A stretch of 64,000 nucleotides of DNA, taken from NCBI GenBank assembly GCA_021613535.1, contig CP075492.1, positions 11,966,001 through 12,030,000 of the forward strand, read 5' to 3'. This DNA comes from Adineta vaga. Taxonomy: Eukaryota; Animalia; Rotifera. Positions 39,658 through 54,099 of the stretch are shown one piece after another (positions within the stretch are counted from its first letter, which is position 1; the number at the start of each line of letters is the position of its first letter). The notes under the pieces are model-generated. The model was not told the DNA's origin, ran no database searches, and saw only the letters and a list, made by a program, of their open reading frames with translations. Made by a program: the position numbers and the translations under genes.

Positions 39658-42600
39658 ATGTCGATTTCCTCGCAACAAGCTGCCAGTCAGCATCGCAATC
39701 CACAATTAGTAGCACAAACGGATGAATATGATGAATATGTTTATTATCCATATTATGAAAAATCAGTACCCGGTGGTGGTTATGAATATGTTCCTGAGCT
39801 TGAAGAAGTGGTAGAATATGAAGAAGAACCCGTTGAATATGTTGTAGAACGTGTACAACAACCGACTGTTGTACAGAAGACGTAAGTGTAAACTGATAGT
39901 TGATACTAGTCTTAATATCAGAAGTGAACGAAAAGACATTTGAATGTTTTTTTTATGCGTAATTGTGAGATCTTTTGCGATGTTTAAAAAATGAACGTAC
40001 ATTGATTGATTAGCAACACATGTATTTGAAGAAACAACAACGATGTTGTTATTGTTGTCGTGAATTAACTTACAGTTCATTGCCTTAGGGCACTTCAAAC
40101 TTTCCTGTGAAAAAACAATGTTAAAATCTACTAAAAGCAGTATTTCATTTCATTTTTCTCCTTTGTATTTCTTTCATTATAGAAATTATCTAGACGACTT
40201 TTCTTCTAGTGAGAAGTCAACTTAAATCAATCTAGTTTTTGTTTTATTTTTTAACTTGAATAAGATCATGAAAAAAAATGTATTTCTTAGATAGAAAGTC
40301 GAATAATACCTTCTTTCTTTTTCTTTATTACGGATGAATTTCTCGGAGAAAAAATACATTTTGAAAAATAACTTTCTTTTCCTACTCACAATCATTTCCG
40401 AGAGAAGAAAACTAATAGAAAATGTCCAATCAACCAGTTAAATCGTATTCCATCGGAGCACATCCATTGTTTTCGTCGCGTTTTGATACACATTGTGTTG
40501 AGATACCAAAAAATCGTAACGATATCCATATAGTTGTAACTGAACCAACTCTACTAGTCGAAAATGAAACGTTATTAACACAAAGAAAACAACCTGCTAC
40601 AATTCAAATGATTGAAAATTCACGAACTAATGATATGATAAGTAATCGGACTGATCACAATAATGCATCAGTTAATGATTCAGTATTTACTCAAGCTAGT
40701 TTTGCAAGTAGTGATAGGTATATAATAAGACAATAGGAAACATTTTTCATATGAAAGATTTTCTTGTTTATTTCTTTGTTATTGATTTTTTTTTCGTATC
40801 GTTTAGTACTGTTCACAATGAAATACCACATTATGCCGGTTCGGATAAAGATCGTGTACGTGTTGTTGTTCGGTATGTACTTATTTTCAATCAGTTTCAT
40901 TGAATATCAACTTTTTCTTCTATATTCAGTGTACGACCGATGAGTGAACGAGAATATAACGATTCGAGAAAACCACAAAAAGTTTTACATTGTGTCAATG
41001 AAAATTCTATTATCGTATGTTTTATGATTTTATTTTCATATGCAAAACGAATTTTTTCTTAAATCAACTAGTTTGATGGAGGACAACATAGTCGTCGATT
41101 TACATTCGATAGTGTTTTCAATGAAGTATCAGCACAAGATGAAGTATTTCAATATTGTGGTATTAAACGTTTAGTTGATATGGCAATTGACGGGTAAGAG
41201 AAATTTCTCATGATAAATTTATACAAAATCGAATATTCTTAGATACATCGCTACTTGTTTTGCATATGGACAAACTGGTAGCGGAAAAACACATACGATG
41301 ATTGGTGCACAAGGTGCTTCTATTGTATGTTTTGATCATTGATTTTTATGATGTTCTATAATTAATCATACTAGTTTCGTATGGATGATCAATATCGCGT
41401 GGAACATCTTGGTATAGTACCACGTTCAATAAATTATCTTTTTCAACGATTACGTGATAAAACAATGCAGACAAATTCTCCATATTATATTCGTGTTTCG
41501 TATTGTGAAATATATAATGAACAAGTAGAGACAAAGATATATTCGAGATTTTTCAAATATATTGATAATAATTTAGATACGTGATTTAATTCGTCCAGCA
41601 AATCCAGATACTTTACAAGTTCGCGGTTCAATTGAAGATGGCTTTTATGTGGAAAATCTTTACCAAACATATATTGAAACTATAGATGAATTATTAACTA
41701 TATTAGAAGAAGGTTGAAATGAGAAAATATGTCGAAGAATATACATGTTGATTGTATCTTTAGGAGAATTAAATCGAGCAATGGCTTCACATAAGCTGAA
41801 TGATACATCATCACGTAGTCATGCACTATTATCCATACAAATTGAACAAGATATACAAGAATCAGCTGATCCAAATGAACAAATGACACGACAAGGAAAA
41901 TTAATTTTCGTTGATTTAGCTGGTAAATATCATTGTTAGATGTATATTGATACAATTTCTTCGAGCTCTTTCTTTTTTCAGGTAGTGAAAAAGTGAAAAT
42001 GAGTCATTCCAAAGGTAAACAACTCGTTGAAACAAATAATATCAATAAAAGTTTACTTACACTTGGTAAGTTGTTTGAATAAATTCTATTCCTTATTAAA
42101 ATTTATGGATCTTTCTAGGTACATGTATATCTGCATTAAGTGATCCAAATAAACGTGCTGGTCATGTACCTTATCGAGAATCGAAATTAACTCGACTTTT
42201 AGCCGAAAGTTTAGGTGGACATGGTATTACATTAATGGTATATCTATTCTTATTAATAGAACAATAAAATTTGATTTCAAGAATTATTCTATTTAGATAG
42301 CATGTATTTCTCCATCAAGAGTATGTGAAAATGAAAGTATGAATACATTACGTTACGCAAATCGTGCTAAAAATATTGAAAATGAACCGATTGTTAAAAC
42401 TGATTCGAAACAAAATGTTATTACACGTTTAAAACTTGAAGTTCGTAAACTAAAAGATGAAAATTATGAGTTAAAGAAAAAATTAGGTGGAAAAAATTCG
42501 GCGACTACTTTACCTCGTCTTCGACCTCGAAACTATGATTCAGGTAAATCATTCTCATACAAAATTCATTCATTCTTTCGAATTCTTTTAGGTTCACAAA

Positions 42601-43153
42601 CATCCATACGTTCGGGAGCAAGTAGTGACCTAAACGATCGACAAGATACTCAGTAAATTCCATTGAAATTTTTGTTTCTAAACGATTGTTTTTTTCTTTC
42701 ATTGAATAGAGGTCGAATAAATGGTATGTCTTCTCAAAAGATTCGAAGTCATCATGAAACTTTAACACGTGAAAATGAAAAACTTGTCCGACAATTATAT
42801 CAACGCGATAGAGAACAAGGTCAATCGAATGGAAAACGTGTTATTCTTGTTGAAGAAGATGAACCTGTAGAAGAAGTAAAACATTCTATAATTGAGAGAT
42901 TTCTTCATACAATCTAATCATTAGGTACATCCAACAAGCAATCGTCAAGTTGTCAGAACTCATAGAACTGAACCTGATGAAGAATTGTTCGTATTCAAAC
43001 GATAATACGTTGTTCACTTTTCTTTTATATTGTAGACTAGAACTAGTACGTCGTCCATCGTATTTAACAAGATATCGAACTGTTCGTAACAGGCATCCAG
43101 ATTCAGAATCACCACAACGACGTACAACAACTATTGTACGACGAGCAACATAA
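39658..43153 (+). CDS. KIF12: Kinesin-16/KIF12-like motor with two alternative first exons (39658 and 40422)
   Basis: [107 protein letters not shown]. Confidence 0.8.
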
Positions 43154-44006
43154 ATACTTTGATGATAAGGTAATAAAACTAGTGGATCAAACAAATTTGA
43201 AGAAAATAAAGAATAAAAATACAACACTCTAAGCGCTTTTAAAAGATCTAGCAAAGATATCATAACTATAAATAAGAAACCCGAAACGAATATCTCTCTT
43301 GTTCTGTCTGAAGTTCTTTTTTTTTGTTAATATTTGCGAATTTTATCGCTTACTATCAAATAAATGATCAAATTTCTTATTATTTACTAATTATTCTTAT
43401 CATACATCAATATATGACATATCATTCACACGTAATCTCATGTGACATTTATTCATCGAATGACCTCGTATTCACACTATCTAAATGTATTAAAGTATAT
43501 TATTCTTTTACTCTTTTTAGTTCGACGATACTTTTCTGCGACTGATCAAATCATCCCAAGTATCAGTCATTATATATATACATAATTTGTTCCAAAACGA
43601 ATTGTGTGCGTTGTCTCTTTCGTCTGTTTCTTTTTCTCTTCGATTCTCCTTTTTTTCATATATTTGCATCAATAAAACAAATTCATGAGATTCATCGTAT
43701 GTTCAATGTATCTATCATTAAATGTTTGCCCTTTTAACGAACATTATGATGCCAATGATCCATCTTTGAATCGAAAGCAACATTCATATCATATGCATAC
43801 TATACAACTGATAGTTCATTCGATTTGAGATTAATGATTTAACTTTTTCACACTTATCAGTGAATATTTAGATTCACTTGCTGATCACTATTGCCAATCG
43901 GTCGTTTCTTTTGAGGATATTGGATGAATATAGAAGAAAAGTTTATATCTATTTATTATTTGTTAGAATGAAACATATAAACAAAGGAAAAACAACAACA
44001 TCTTTC

Positions 44007-44890
44007 TTAAGAACTTTGTGATGTTAATGGTAAAGTGTAATATGGTGTATTGATAGAAAAATGATTTGGTTGAGTATAATGAAAAGCAGGAAAAAAAGAA
44101 GAGTAATTATTATGATTATTCATAGTTGAATGTTCATATGTATAAGGTACATTCATAATTGATTCAAATTGTTGTGGATGATAATATGTCCATGCTTGTG
44201 ATGGTTCAAGTTTGCATAGAGATTCAAATGATGAAGTATCATGTTTGATACTCGTAGTATAAGATGATGTAGATAGAACAGGTGCTGGTGAGTTTGAATT
44301 GCTATATTCAATCGTTTTTTCTTCAGTATCATTGAATGGTTGCGATAATGGTCCGATTTTATTGCGCAGGATTCGTGAAATTGAAGAAACAGATGGTAAA
44401 TTGGATCTATCACAAACATGATCTGCTAATAATTTGTCCCGAATTTCCCAAGCAAACATTCCAGGATCTTTTAATCTATAATCACGTATACGACTAACAA
44501 CAAAAGGTGTTGTTACACGTGGTTTACTTCCACCAATGACACCTGGTGATACAGAACCTTTAGGACGAAAAAAATATCTTGATATAAAGAAAAGCAATAA
44601 TCTGATTTGGAATATCTACCTGTTTCATGATAACGAGTAAGAATTTTACTAACACAGCCATGAGAAACTTTTAGACGACGACTAATTTCACATGGTCGTA
44701 TTCCTGAATTTGCCATTTCGATAATTTGTAAACGCATCGGAGCTGGTAATGGTCGTCCATTAACAAAAACGCCACCAAGTTGATTAACTTCACCATAATT
44801 TTGATTTAAATTTGTATCATCATATGAATAATCAACTGAAAACAGAAAACAACATGTTAAAATTCTCAACATCTATCACATACATACATA
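44007..44890 (-). CDS. Pax1/9: Paired-box transcription factor, Pax1/9 (Pox meso) class; first exon and start codon uncertain
   Basis: [74 protein letters not shown]. No homeodomain. Confidence 0.9.
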
Positions 44891-46002
44891 ATGAGAACAA
44901 TTTATTTAGCAAGATTGTTTATATCTACAAAATTTGAGCATCTATCATCTTCTCGCCTGATGACACTGTTTCCTTCGAAGTGAGTAAATAACAGCAAGAA
45001 TATCGATTATTATGATTAATGATAATGTTTATTTAGAAGAGCAGGCAGGTGATAATTGTTTCTATAGATAATGACTGAAGTCAAAAACTAACTGATCCAA
45101 TAAAACATGTATATCGAAAATCAATACTCTTGTATCATTAGGATTGAAAACATGAAATGAGATTTTCGTTCGTCCTCTCCATTAATTGTAGTCGATTAAT
45201 TACATACCCATTTTGTTGGTAAAAGTAAGAGATAGTTGTTAGACAGATTCGATCTGATTTCGTTCGCTCGTATTGTTTCTTCTCTAAGAGAGAAAGGCAG
45301 AAAGAAATGATTATCTCTTTCTCTTCTTCTTCTTTCGTTTCGATCTACTTTTCTGTATCTGACTCAGCCAATAAACTTTCAGATAACGAAAATAATCATA
45401 CACCAATCGATTATTAGAGCGAGATATTCCACTGATACAAAAATATTAAAATACACTCTAACTATATCGTGATAAATAGAAAAGTAATATAGTGAGATAG
45501 TATATCGAAACAATATTATTAGATTTGCTTGTCAATCACACGTATCGTACTTCATTAGTAAGTATTTATGAAGAGTCAGTTCATTGCTTTATATGATACT
45601 CTTGAAAAACAATTTTGTTTTATCATGAATCTTTTGATCTTAATTATTGATCAGGTATTTTCGTACATATTTTATTTTTAATACGAATGTCAAAATAACA
45701 CTTGTTCATTTTTCGTCTAATGATAAATGTGTTGTAAAGAAGACACGTGTTGAAAACATCAATGTATTAATCAAGGAAAGATGAGCGGCTTTGATTTCAG
45801 TATCTTTTGTTCTTCTTCATGTATACCGACTCTGTTGATGAATTCAAATCGGTTAAATACCTAGAGACCTATTCAAATGTTGATTACGAATGCTTTATTT
45901 GTTGTCTAGTAAACACATTTATTTCTTCTTTTTCTCAACAAACAACAATTCGATATTACAACAAAAAAGAAAAACATAACGATAACAAATGAAATATTTG
46001 TT

Positions 46003-47301
46003 TTAACGATGATTAATTGCTTGAACAATCTTTAATTGTTCTTCACGATTTTTCTCTAATGAGCTTCTCAATTGTTTAGTTATATCAACAACAAGATGAT
46101 GTGCTATTGAGATACAATTTTGAATCTAAATTAAATTTCAAATTATATCAAATTTCCTAAATCAAAAATTATTTTCAACAAACTTGATCACGACTCAATG
46201 AAATTTCTCCAAGCATTGTTAATGTACTCAATTCTTTATGTTGATTCATACCAACAGCAAATAGACCTTCCATAACTTTTTCTTCAGCTTCACATGCATC
46301 AATTAACATATATTCTCTATAAAATACTTTCTATTCGGATGCCATTCATTGTTCCAAAACGGAAAAAGATAAACTTACCCATTTTCGAAAAGAGCAAAAC
46401 TAATGATAATCGGAAAATGTAGTATACGAATTGGTTGAGGAATTCGTTCATTTATCGGATGCTAAATGACGAAAAGTTAAAGCTATCAAATGAAAATTTC
46501 AATTCTTACCACATGAACATCTGTTCCAATTACTGTTACAGCTGGATAACTATTTCAAACACAGACGAATTTCTCTTATTAAAATAAAAAAACAAAGAAT
46601 TCTTACCGAAAATGAGCAAGAGCACATAGAGCAGCTAAATTCGCGCAATCAAGAATATTTCCATCATAATCTAATACATGTAAATTCACACTAATTTCCC
46701 AAACCTAAACTAAATAAAATGAAATTGTGCTCGACAAGATTCTCGACTTACATATTCATGAGCAAGAATACACAAGGATTCCATATCAACACAGCCTGAA
46801 TCTCGAATATTTTGCAATAATTGTCGACTCATTAATGTTGTCCATTGTGTTTGTCTGCAAAAGAAATAGATATTTGTCATTGAAATATTTCTTTCAAATT
46901 GAAAACGTTTATTCACCTTCCAGTTTCAAAATTAAACATCATTGTATGACTATTTTTTAATTGTAATCTTAATCGACCTTCATTCGATCGTGTTTCTTTT
47001 GGTTTAACAACTCGACAGGATGTTTGTGCTAATACTCTAGAAAATGATCCGAAATAAAGAAATAATGTTTCTTTAACTCACAAACTTCGTTAGACCGAGT
47101 GAAACGGTGACGGAACCATATTCTTCGCGAAAATCGATTTGAATTTCACGATTTATATATGGAAGTCGATGGTCAAGTCTCTAAAATGAATTATCAAGAA
47201 GTTCTTACTCTCTAGATAATCATTCTTTTCCTTACTTGACGATCTCGTAAACAACGAATAATGAAATTTTTCTCACATTTTCCAATTACTTTCGAAGCCA
47301 T
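46003..47301 (-). CDS. EXOSC9: Exosome complex component RRP45 (multi-exon)
   Basis: CEKNFI..RLDHR..YGSVTVSLGLTKVLAQ, CVDMESLCI, VWEISVNLHVLDYDGNILDC..ALAHFR, HFPIIISFALF, VGMNQHKE. Confidence 0.88.
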
Positions 47302-47384
47302 GCTAAAATCAAAAAAAAAGAAGACAAATCTTAGATTTCACTCAGTTAATGGTTGTTTAATCACAGGAAAAAAAATGAAAGAAT

Positions 47385-48983
47385 TTATTTCATATCAAAA
47401 ATCTTATCAAATAGTTCGGTAAATAATCGTTCAAAATTCAATCGATTAAATCGATCGATACTATCACGGGCGCGCTTTTGTATATCACATCGTTCATCAA
47501 CAGACATTTCAATGATTCGTTGCATTTTCGTCACATAAGATTCGATTTCACTAGCAAGAAAACCTGTTTGTCCATCATCAATTATATCCATTTGAACGCC
47601 ACCAGATTCATGACCAATAATCATTACACCTGCAGCCATCATTTCAATAAGATCTAAAGTAATCGAATAGATCAAATTTCTCTCTCAACGATTCGATTTA
47701 CAAATATCGAAGGATTGATTTGGTTTTGTATGTAAACCAATCATGGCTTGTGTAAGTTCAGATTTGAATTGAATACGATTGATATTGATTTTAAATTCAA
47801 CTTTATCTTTTATATTTAAATCTTCCACAAGTATTTGTAATTTTTCAAGACATTTCTGCTCTTCCTTATGTCTTACATGACCCATTAAGATCAATTTGAA
47901 GTTTGAATACATTTTAGATTTTCTAAATAGATTCAAATACGTATGAAGAATGATTCGAAATGGGACATACTTCTGTAAAAGTTCATAAAAAGCTCGGATT
48001 TGAAATTCATGTTTTGTTTCACTTTGAAATTGTCCGATAGAAATAATTCTCTGTTCTTTATTAATTAATGGTATATCTAAAAATTGTTCGATATCACATG
48101 GTGGATAAAGAAGTTGAAGTGAAGTAGATTTCTGTGAGGCTTTGAGCTGTTCTTTTATCCATAACGAATTACAATAAACCATTTTCGAACATCGACCACA
48201 CCATCCGTTAATATAGGTAAATAATTGGTAGTAGAGTAATTCAATTTGTGTCAAAATTGAATTATCTCTTACATATTCGTCGTTTCTTGGCTCGATTAAA
48301 TTACTATTAATCACTGGAGACTGAACATAAGATATAATTGGACTCGAAGCAAGATAATAAAAATATGGATAAGTAAATGTATAATCCGATGAATCAATAT
48401 AAATATCAGGTATAAAACGTATTAAAGCTTCGAAACTGACAATCATTGAACCAATACTTTGTCTCAACAAAGTACATCGTTGATAATTTTTCAATAAAAA
48501 TTGACTTCGAAGATAAATAAATGTAATTGCAGACTTCGAATTTTTAATATCAATATCAAAATGTTGTTTAACATGTTGAAAGATGTCTTCGGACATCATC
48601 GACTTATCACCAGTATAGATAATGATTTGTACATCATTTCTGTATTTTTTTACTATTGATTGAACAATGGACCAGAGAATTCGTTCTCGATCAAGATCAC
48701 AATTTGAATGAAACAAAGCTACACTTAAACGGCTTTGTTTTTGTTGTAATGTCCATAAACGACAATGTCGACGATACCATGGTATAAAAACAAATGTTAG
48801 AATAGGAATAAAAGCAAGAAACCATCCAATTATTGTTAAAATAAACCAAAATATAAAGATGATTAGGCAAATATTAAAAAGAATCAACGTAATAATCGAA
48901 AGAAATAGTAGATATATTAATGTTAAATTCCAAAAGATGAATAAAATAAATTTAAAGAATCGTTTTGGTAGTAGATACCACAT
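47385..48983 (-). CDS. ALG11: ALG11-like GT4 alpha-1,2-mannosyltransferase with degenerate catalytic motifs
   Basis: N-terminal TM region, ERILW, IYTGD, TLLRQSIGSMIVSFEAL..PDIYIDS, NSLW..LYPPCD, ISIGQF, GLHT..EMMAAG..HESGG..DII..TGFLA. Introns at about 47926-47970 and 47655-47703. Confidence 0.8.
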
Positions 48984-50368
48984 TTCGAAATCAAATGAAA
49001 ACAGATGATTCAATCGAGTAACGAACGTAGATGGCGCTTTACTTTCAAGATTAATTATATATTTACATATGATATAGCAAATGAAAAATTTACAGGTAGA
49101 TATATATTTTTAGGTCGATCTTAGATAAGTTTAAAAAATTTTTAATTCATTGATAAGTATTCTGATTGTGTAAAATAGATAACCAATGATAAAAGTTGCC
49201 AAAAATTTCTTTGTCTTCCTTTCCCTCTTCTCTTCTCTTCTCTTCTCTGTTCTCTCTCTTGGCAATTTGTTATATGATTGAACGTTCCCGTTTTTTGACT
49301 TACACGCCAAAGATTATATACGCATAATCATCTCTTATCGCTTCTCTTCTTATTCATGCATATTAGTGATGTTCCGCTATCATCATCAACAATTTTCCGT
49401 ATCATTTTTTCCTTAAGATCACCTCATTGTTGCATAATCTCCATGAAGATTGTTATACTGCTACTCGACGAATGCCAGTATGTCATATATTTGATTTGTT
49501 GTTATTTCAAGTCGATGAAGAGTAGAGAAGAGAAAAGTCTTTTACGGGTTATTCGATTCATCGCTTTCTTAACAACATTATGTATGTCCTGATAAATAAA
49601 ACCATCACATCATCATCATCAATAACAATCATCCATAAAAAGAAGGGAAAGAAAAGCTTTGATCAAACATGATTCGATTGCATAAAACAATGTCCTGACA
49701 TTCTTTGTCTTCTTTGCCTCTTTTTTCTTCTTCTCTACTGCATATATCTCCATATTAAAATCGATTTCATCGGCAACATCTGAATTCAATCTACTCTTGT
49801 TTTCAGATGGTGAACTAGTCAATGAATGACATGAGATGTCCATCTGGTACCAATGTACAGACAGACGATAATCTTTGTATTTTACATGCTCGAGCTTTTA
49901 TTGTTTATGGATCGATCTGAAATAACATTAGAATATACGGACTGAGAATGCCGCAAGTGCTGCTCATTAATAGTCCATATGTGTTTTTACATTCGATGTC
50001 TTTGTTTTCTCTTTTATTCTCAAACTAATTGATCTGATCATGATTAAAAGAAAAGACAAGACTGGTGTTGATAATGATGATGATCATCGTACATATGTAG
50101 ACTAGACATAATAAGTACTCGACTTTCTTTTTTTTTGTTGTATTCATGAACAACATTTCCGTTTGACATATCTTGATAATCATTTGTAACCTTCTTGTTG
50201 CTTCTTTCATTCGTTCTGATTTCTACCGTTGTTCTGTATTGTGACCCCGATCGAAAGAAGGTGTTGCCCTCAATCGTCGCGTTTTTTTTCCTCTTTTTCT
50301 GTCCGATCGTCGATCAATCTGTTGTTACTCTCGTTGTCCATTCGTGAATGTGTAGCAATGGCAAGAAA

Positions 50369-50400
50369 CGCGCGCGCGCGCACGAGAGAGAGACAGAGAG
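50369..50400. repeat. (CG)n run followed by a (GA)n microsatellite
   Basis: cgcgcgcgcgcgcacgagagagagacagagag. Confidence 0.7.
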
Positions 50401-51413
50401 AAAAAGAAAATTTGCCTTCTCTCTGTCTCTAACATTAAATGACTGTCTTTTTCTTGTTCTCTATTTGAATAGGAAGAATATTGAGTGGCTTTGTTTCAAG
50501 ATAATTTCATTCAGACTATCGGACAATGTTGCATATATTTTCTTTGTTCTTCTCTTCTTTTTTTCTAGATATTAAATAACAATGTCGAATGAATTATCAA
50601 GTAACATCATGTTGATAAAGACACGACTACGTGAGTATATCTACATACACATCGATCATATCTATTTCATGTTTTAAATTATTTGATTGAATTTGATTTC
50701 TTTTTTCTTGTCACTTCATTGAACCTACATAATTATCAATTGTCTAGAGATGGTCAGCAAAGATAGATCGAACGAAAAGTTATTCTTTTGATAATAATTT
50801 CAGGGATGTATGTTTTTTCTTCTCATCGATGAAGATCGATTTCATTACAAGTGTTTTTTAGTTGATAAAAAAAATATATCAATCGATATATATATATATA
50901 TATAATCATGGTGTTAGTGTCTCAAGCATATCAATTAATAGATAAAAAAAATATACATATACATAGATGTGACAAAGACATGACGTTTCAATATAGGTCT
51001 TATCAGATTTTCTTTTCTTTTTTCTTGCAATTGAACAACAAAAAAGAAAATGATGATGGATTTTTCAACAGTTGTTCATTCGAGTATAGTCAATTTGATT
51101 GTCCTCTCTATATTTTCTTTTCAAAATAAGATTAACGTCGAGAGTATTAATTATTCATATTCGTATTTCATAGGTAAATATTGACATAAAGTGATGATAA
51201 TTTAGTCCGTCAAGAAAATCGGATAATCTTTGTATGCTGAGTGTGTGTGCTACGGCCAATTCATTACTTTTCTATCGTACTTTATAACGTACACATGCTA
51301 CTTAATAAGGATTGCATGTCTACGTTTTATTACTCCAGTCGTTACGCAAGTCTTTTCTATGCATGTATTTCTCTTCTAGTTCCATATTATTCAAATTTCT
51401 ATTAATTGCTCAG

Positions 51414-53573
51414 ATGAACTCATTTCTCTTTACCACCACCACCGCCATCATCATCTGGTATTTACCATTAATGGTTCGAAGTCAAACTGGACCATGTTCT
51501 TGTCAATTAGATAGTACAGGAATGACCATGGTATGCACAAACGTGAATACAATCAATGCTTATCAACAATGTATGCATGATCAACTTAATTTACAATCCG
51601 ATTTAAAATTACGACGTGGTGGAATAATTACAAATTTAACAATTAAAGATCATCAATTACGTACGTTAACAAATGATCTTTTTCAATTTTCATATGGAAA
51701 TACATTTTATCAATTGAGTGATTTACGTTATTTACATATTGTTCATGGATATTTGAAACAAATCGAAAATCGATCTTTAACACTAATTGAACGTGCACTT
51801 GAATATTTGGATTTATCCAATAACGAACTTGAACATGTGCCAAAACTATCAAATAACAATGTAGAATATAGCAATCTTATGTAAGTAGTAGATTATCACT
51901 TTCAAAAATCTATTGTTCTTTTCTTTTTTTCATTAAAATTTAGAAAATTAATTTTATTACATAATCAAATTCATCGTTTATCCTTAGTCGATATACAAGC
52001 ATATAATCATTTACAACAACTTGATTTATCCTACAATCGTTTACAATATATTGATATGTCTATTGTAACTTATCTAACGAATTTACGACAATTATTTTTA
52101 AATTCAAATATGTTACGAACTTTAACAAATAATATAACATTTCCAAATAATTTTCATTTAAAATTAAGTTCAAATCCATTGGAATGTGATTGTCGTCTTC
52201 GATGGTTACGAAATGGTTTAAATCGTTTACAATATCCAATATTTCATGATGAACCTCAATGTGAAATGCCCAAAGCATTAGCACATAGGAAGATTTCTGC
52301 ATTACGTGAGGAACAATTTGTTTGTGGACCAATTATATCAAAACCTGATGTGACAGTATTGAGTGCAACTAATGGAGAAATTGCAACACTTCGATGCGAT
52401 GTAAATGATGAGAATGATTTGGAATTGATTAATGTTTTTGTTTCGTTTATTTTAGGTTTATTCTGATCCTGCACCTGAAGTATGGTGGACATTTCAAAAT
52501 AAAATTATTGGTAAAATGGTTACAACTGTTAATGAACCTGATATTCATACAGGTTCCTATACAATTCGTTATTCATGTCTATCGATTTCTATGGATTCAT
52601 CATTACCAACTTGTTTGAATAAAACAACAACGTTAACAATCTCGAATATTGGAACAGAACATAATGGAACATATAATTGTGTTGCTGCAATACGTAATCA
52701 AGGACGTTCCGATAATGAACATCTATCGTATGAATTACGTGTTCGACGAACATCACCAATAACGGAAAATTCTCTTCTTCTTTGGACAATTGGAATTTTT
52801 CTATTTCTATTTCTATTTCTTCTTATTCTATTATGTTTTTGTTGGCTTTTACGTTGTCATCGTGCAAATCAACATCAAGCTCAAAGAAATAAAGCATTAC
52901 TATTTAATTATAATGGTTCAGCAATAGGAAATGGAAATGGAAATGGACATAGTTATAAAGAAAAACATGATGAACATAATAATTTCGTTGGTAATGGTAC
53001 ATATGATCCATATGATATGATCGATTCAAGATCTCAACTTGGTCCACCAATGTATAGTGAAGTACGAATAGCTGATTCAACACCATTGAGAAGTATCGGT
53101 GGTGGTGGTTCTGTATCATCAACATTATTACGACGAAATGATCCATTTTATGACAGTTATCGATCTGACAGACAACTTTATGAACAAGTAGGATCATAAA
53201 ATTTTATGATTTGATTTGTAAACTTTTCCTATATGATACTTTCTTTTAGGTCTATCGTCCATCACCTCATGAACCGACTATTGTGGATGAATTCGAAGAT
53301 GAAATGATCTTTCCTACAGGTTATGATGAAGATTATCAATATCGTGAAGATATTATGAAACCAAATCAAGCTGTTGATCCACGACGACAAACAAAAATTC
53401 AACATACAAATCACGATCGATCAACAAAACCGACTACTTTGCCACCTTTAACTAATGGTGTCCATCATCTCTCTCATCCAAAATCAACTATTACATCGAA
53501 TGGAATATCTCCATCATCGAATTATGATAGACCGGAATCTCAATACACAGGTTTTATTGAATCCCAACTCTAG
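51414..53573 (+). CDS. LRR-Ig single-pass cell-surface protein (Kekkon/LRIT-like)
   Basis: Signal peptide, LRRs (LEYLDLSNNEL, LQQLDLSYNRL), LRRCT NPLECDCRLRWL, Ig domain (ATLRCDVYSDPAPEVWW..GTYNCVA), a TM helix and the C-terminal PDZ-type ending ESQL. Confidence 0.85.
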
Positions 53574-54099
53574 TAAATAAACACATGTTTATATTTCTCT
53601 ACATTGAACAGTGTTTTCTTATTTAACTTTGTATGAATTTATGTTCGATTTTGTCATTCATACATCATATTCTGTTCTTAAAATCTAATGATAAACATCT
53701 TTTATTTCTTATGTGTTCATGAAAGAAATATTTTGTCAGATGTATATTTACTTGTTTATCATTTTGTGTTTTTCGTTTTTCTTACAGATATTTTTCTTTT
53801 CATGCGTGTGTATAATGGTTTTTCCTTTTGTCTAGTTCTTTAACATTTGTTCGGATGCCTTTGAAGTTCTTTGTTGCTTCTTGTTTCATTTCCTTTCTTT
53901 TGCCAAATATATAATCAATACTGATACTCTAAGAACTGAATGATTTCTGACAAGATTTCTAGTCGGTTAAAAACTCATTTCCGATGAAGATTATTTTATT
54001 TAATTAAGTCTAGTATGGATATTTAATTACATCCATAACGTATCTACATTTATAAAAGAAAATTATAGAAAAATGTTTTTCCAGTGCAGAGTCAAAGCA

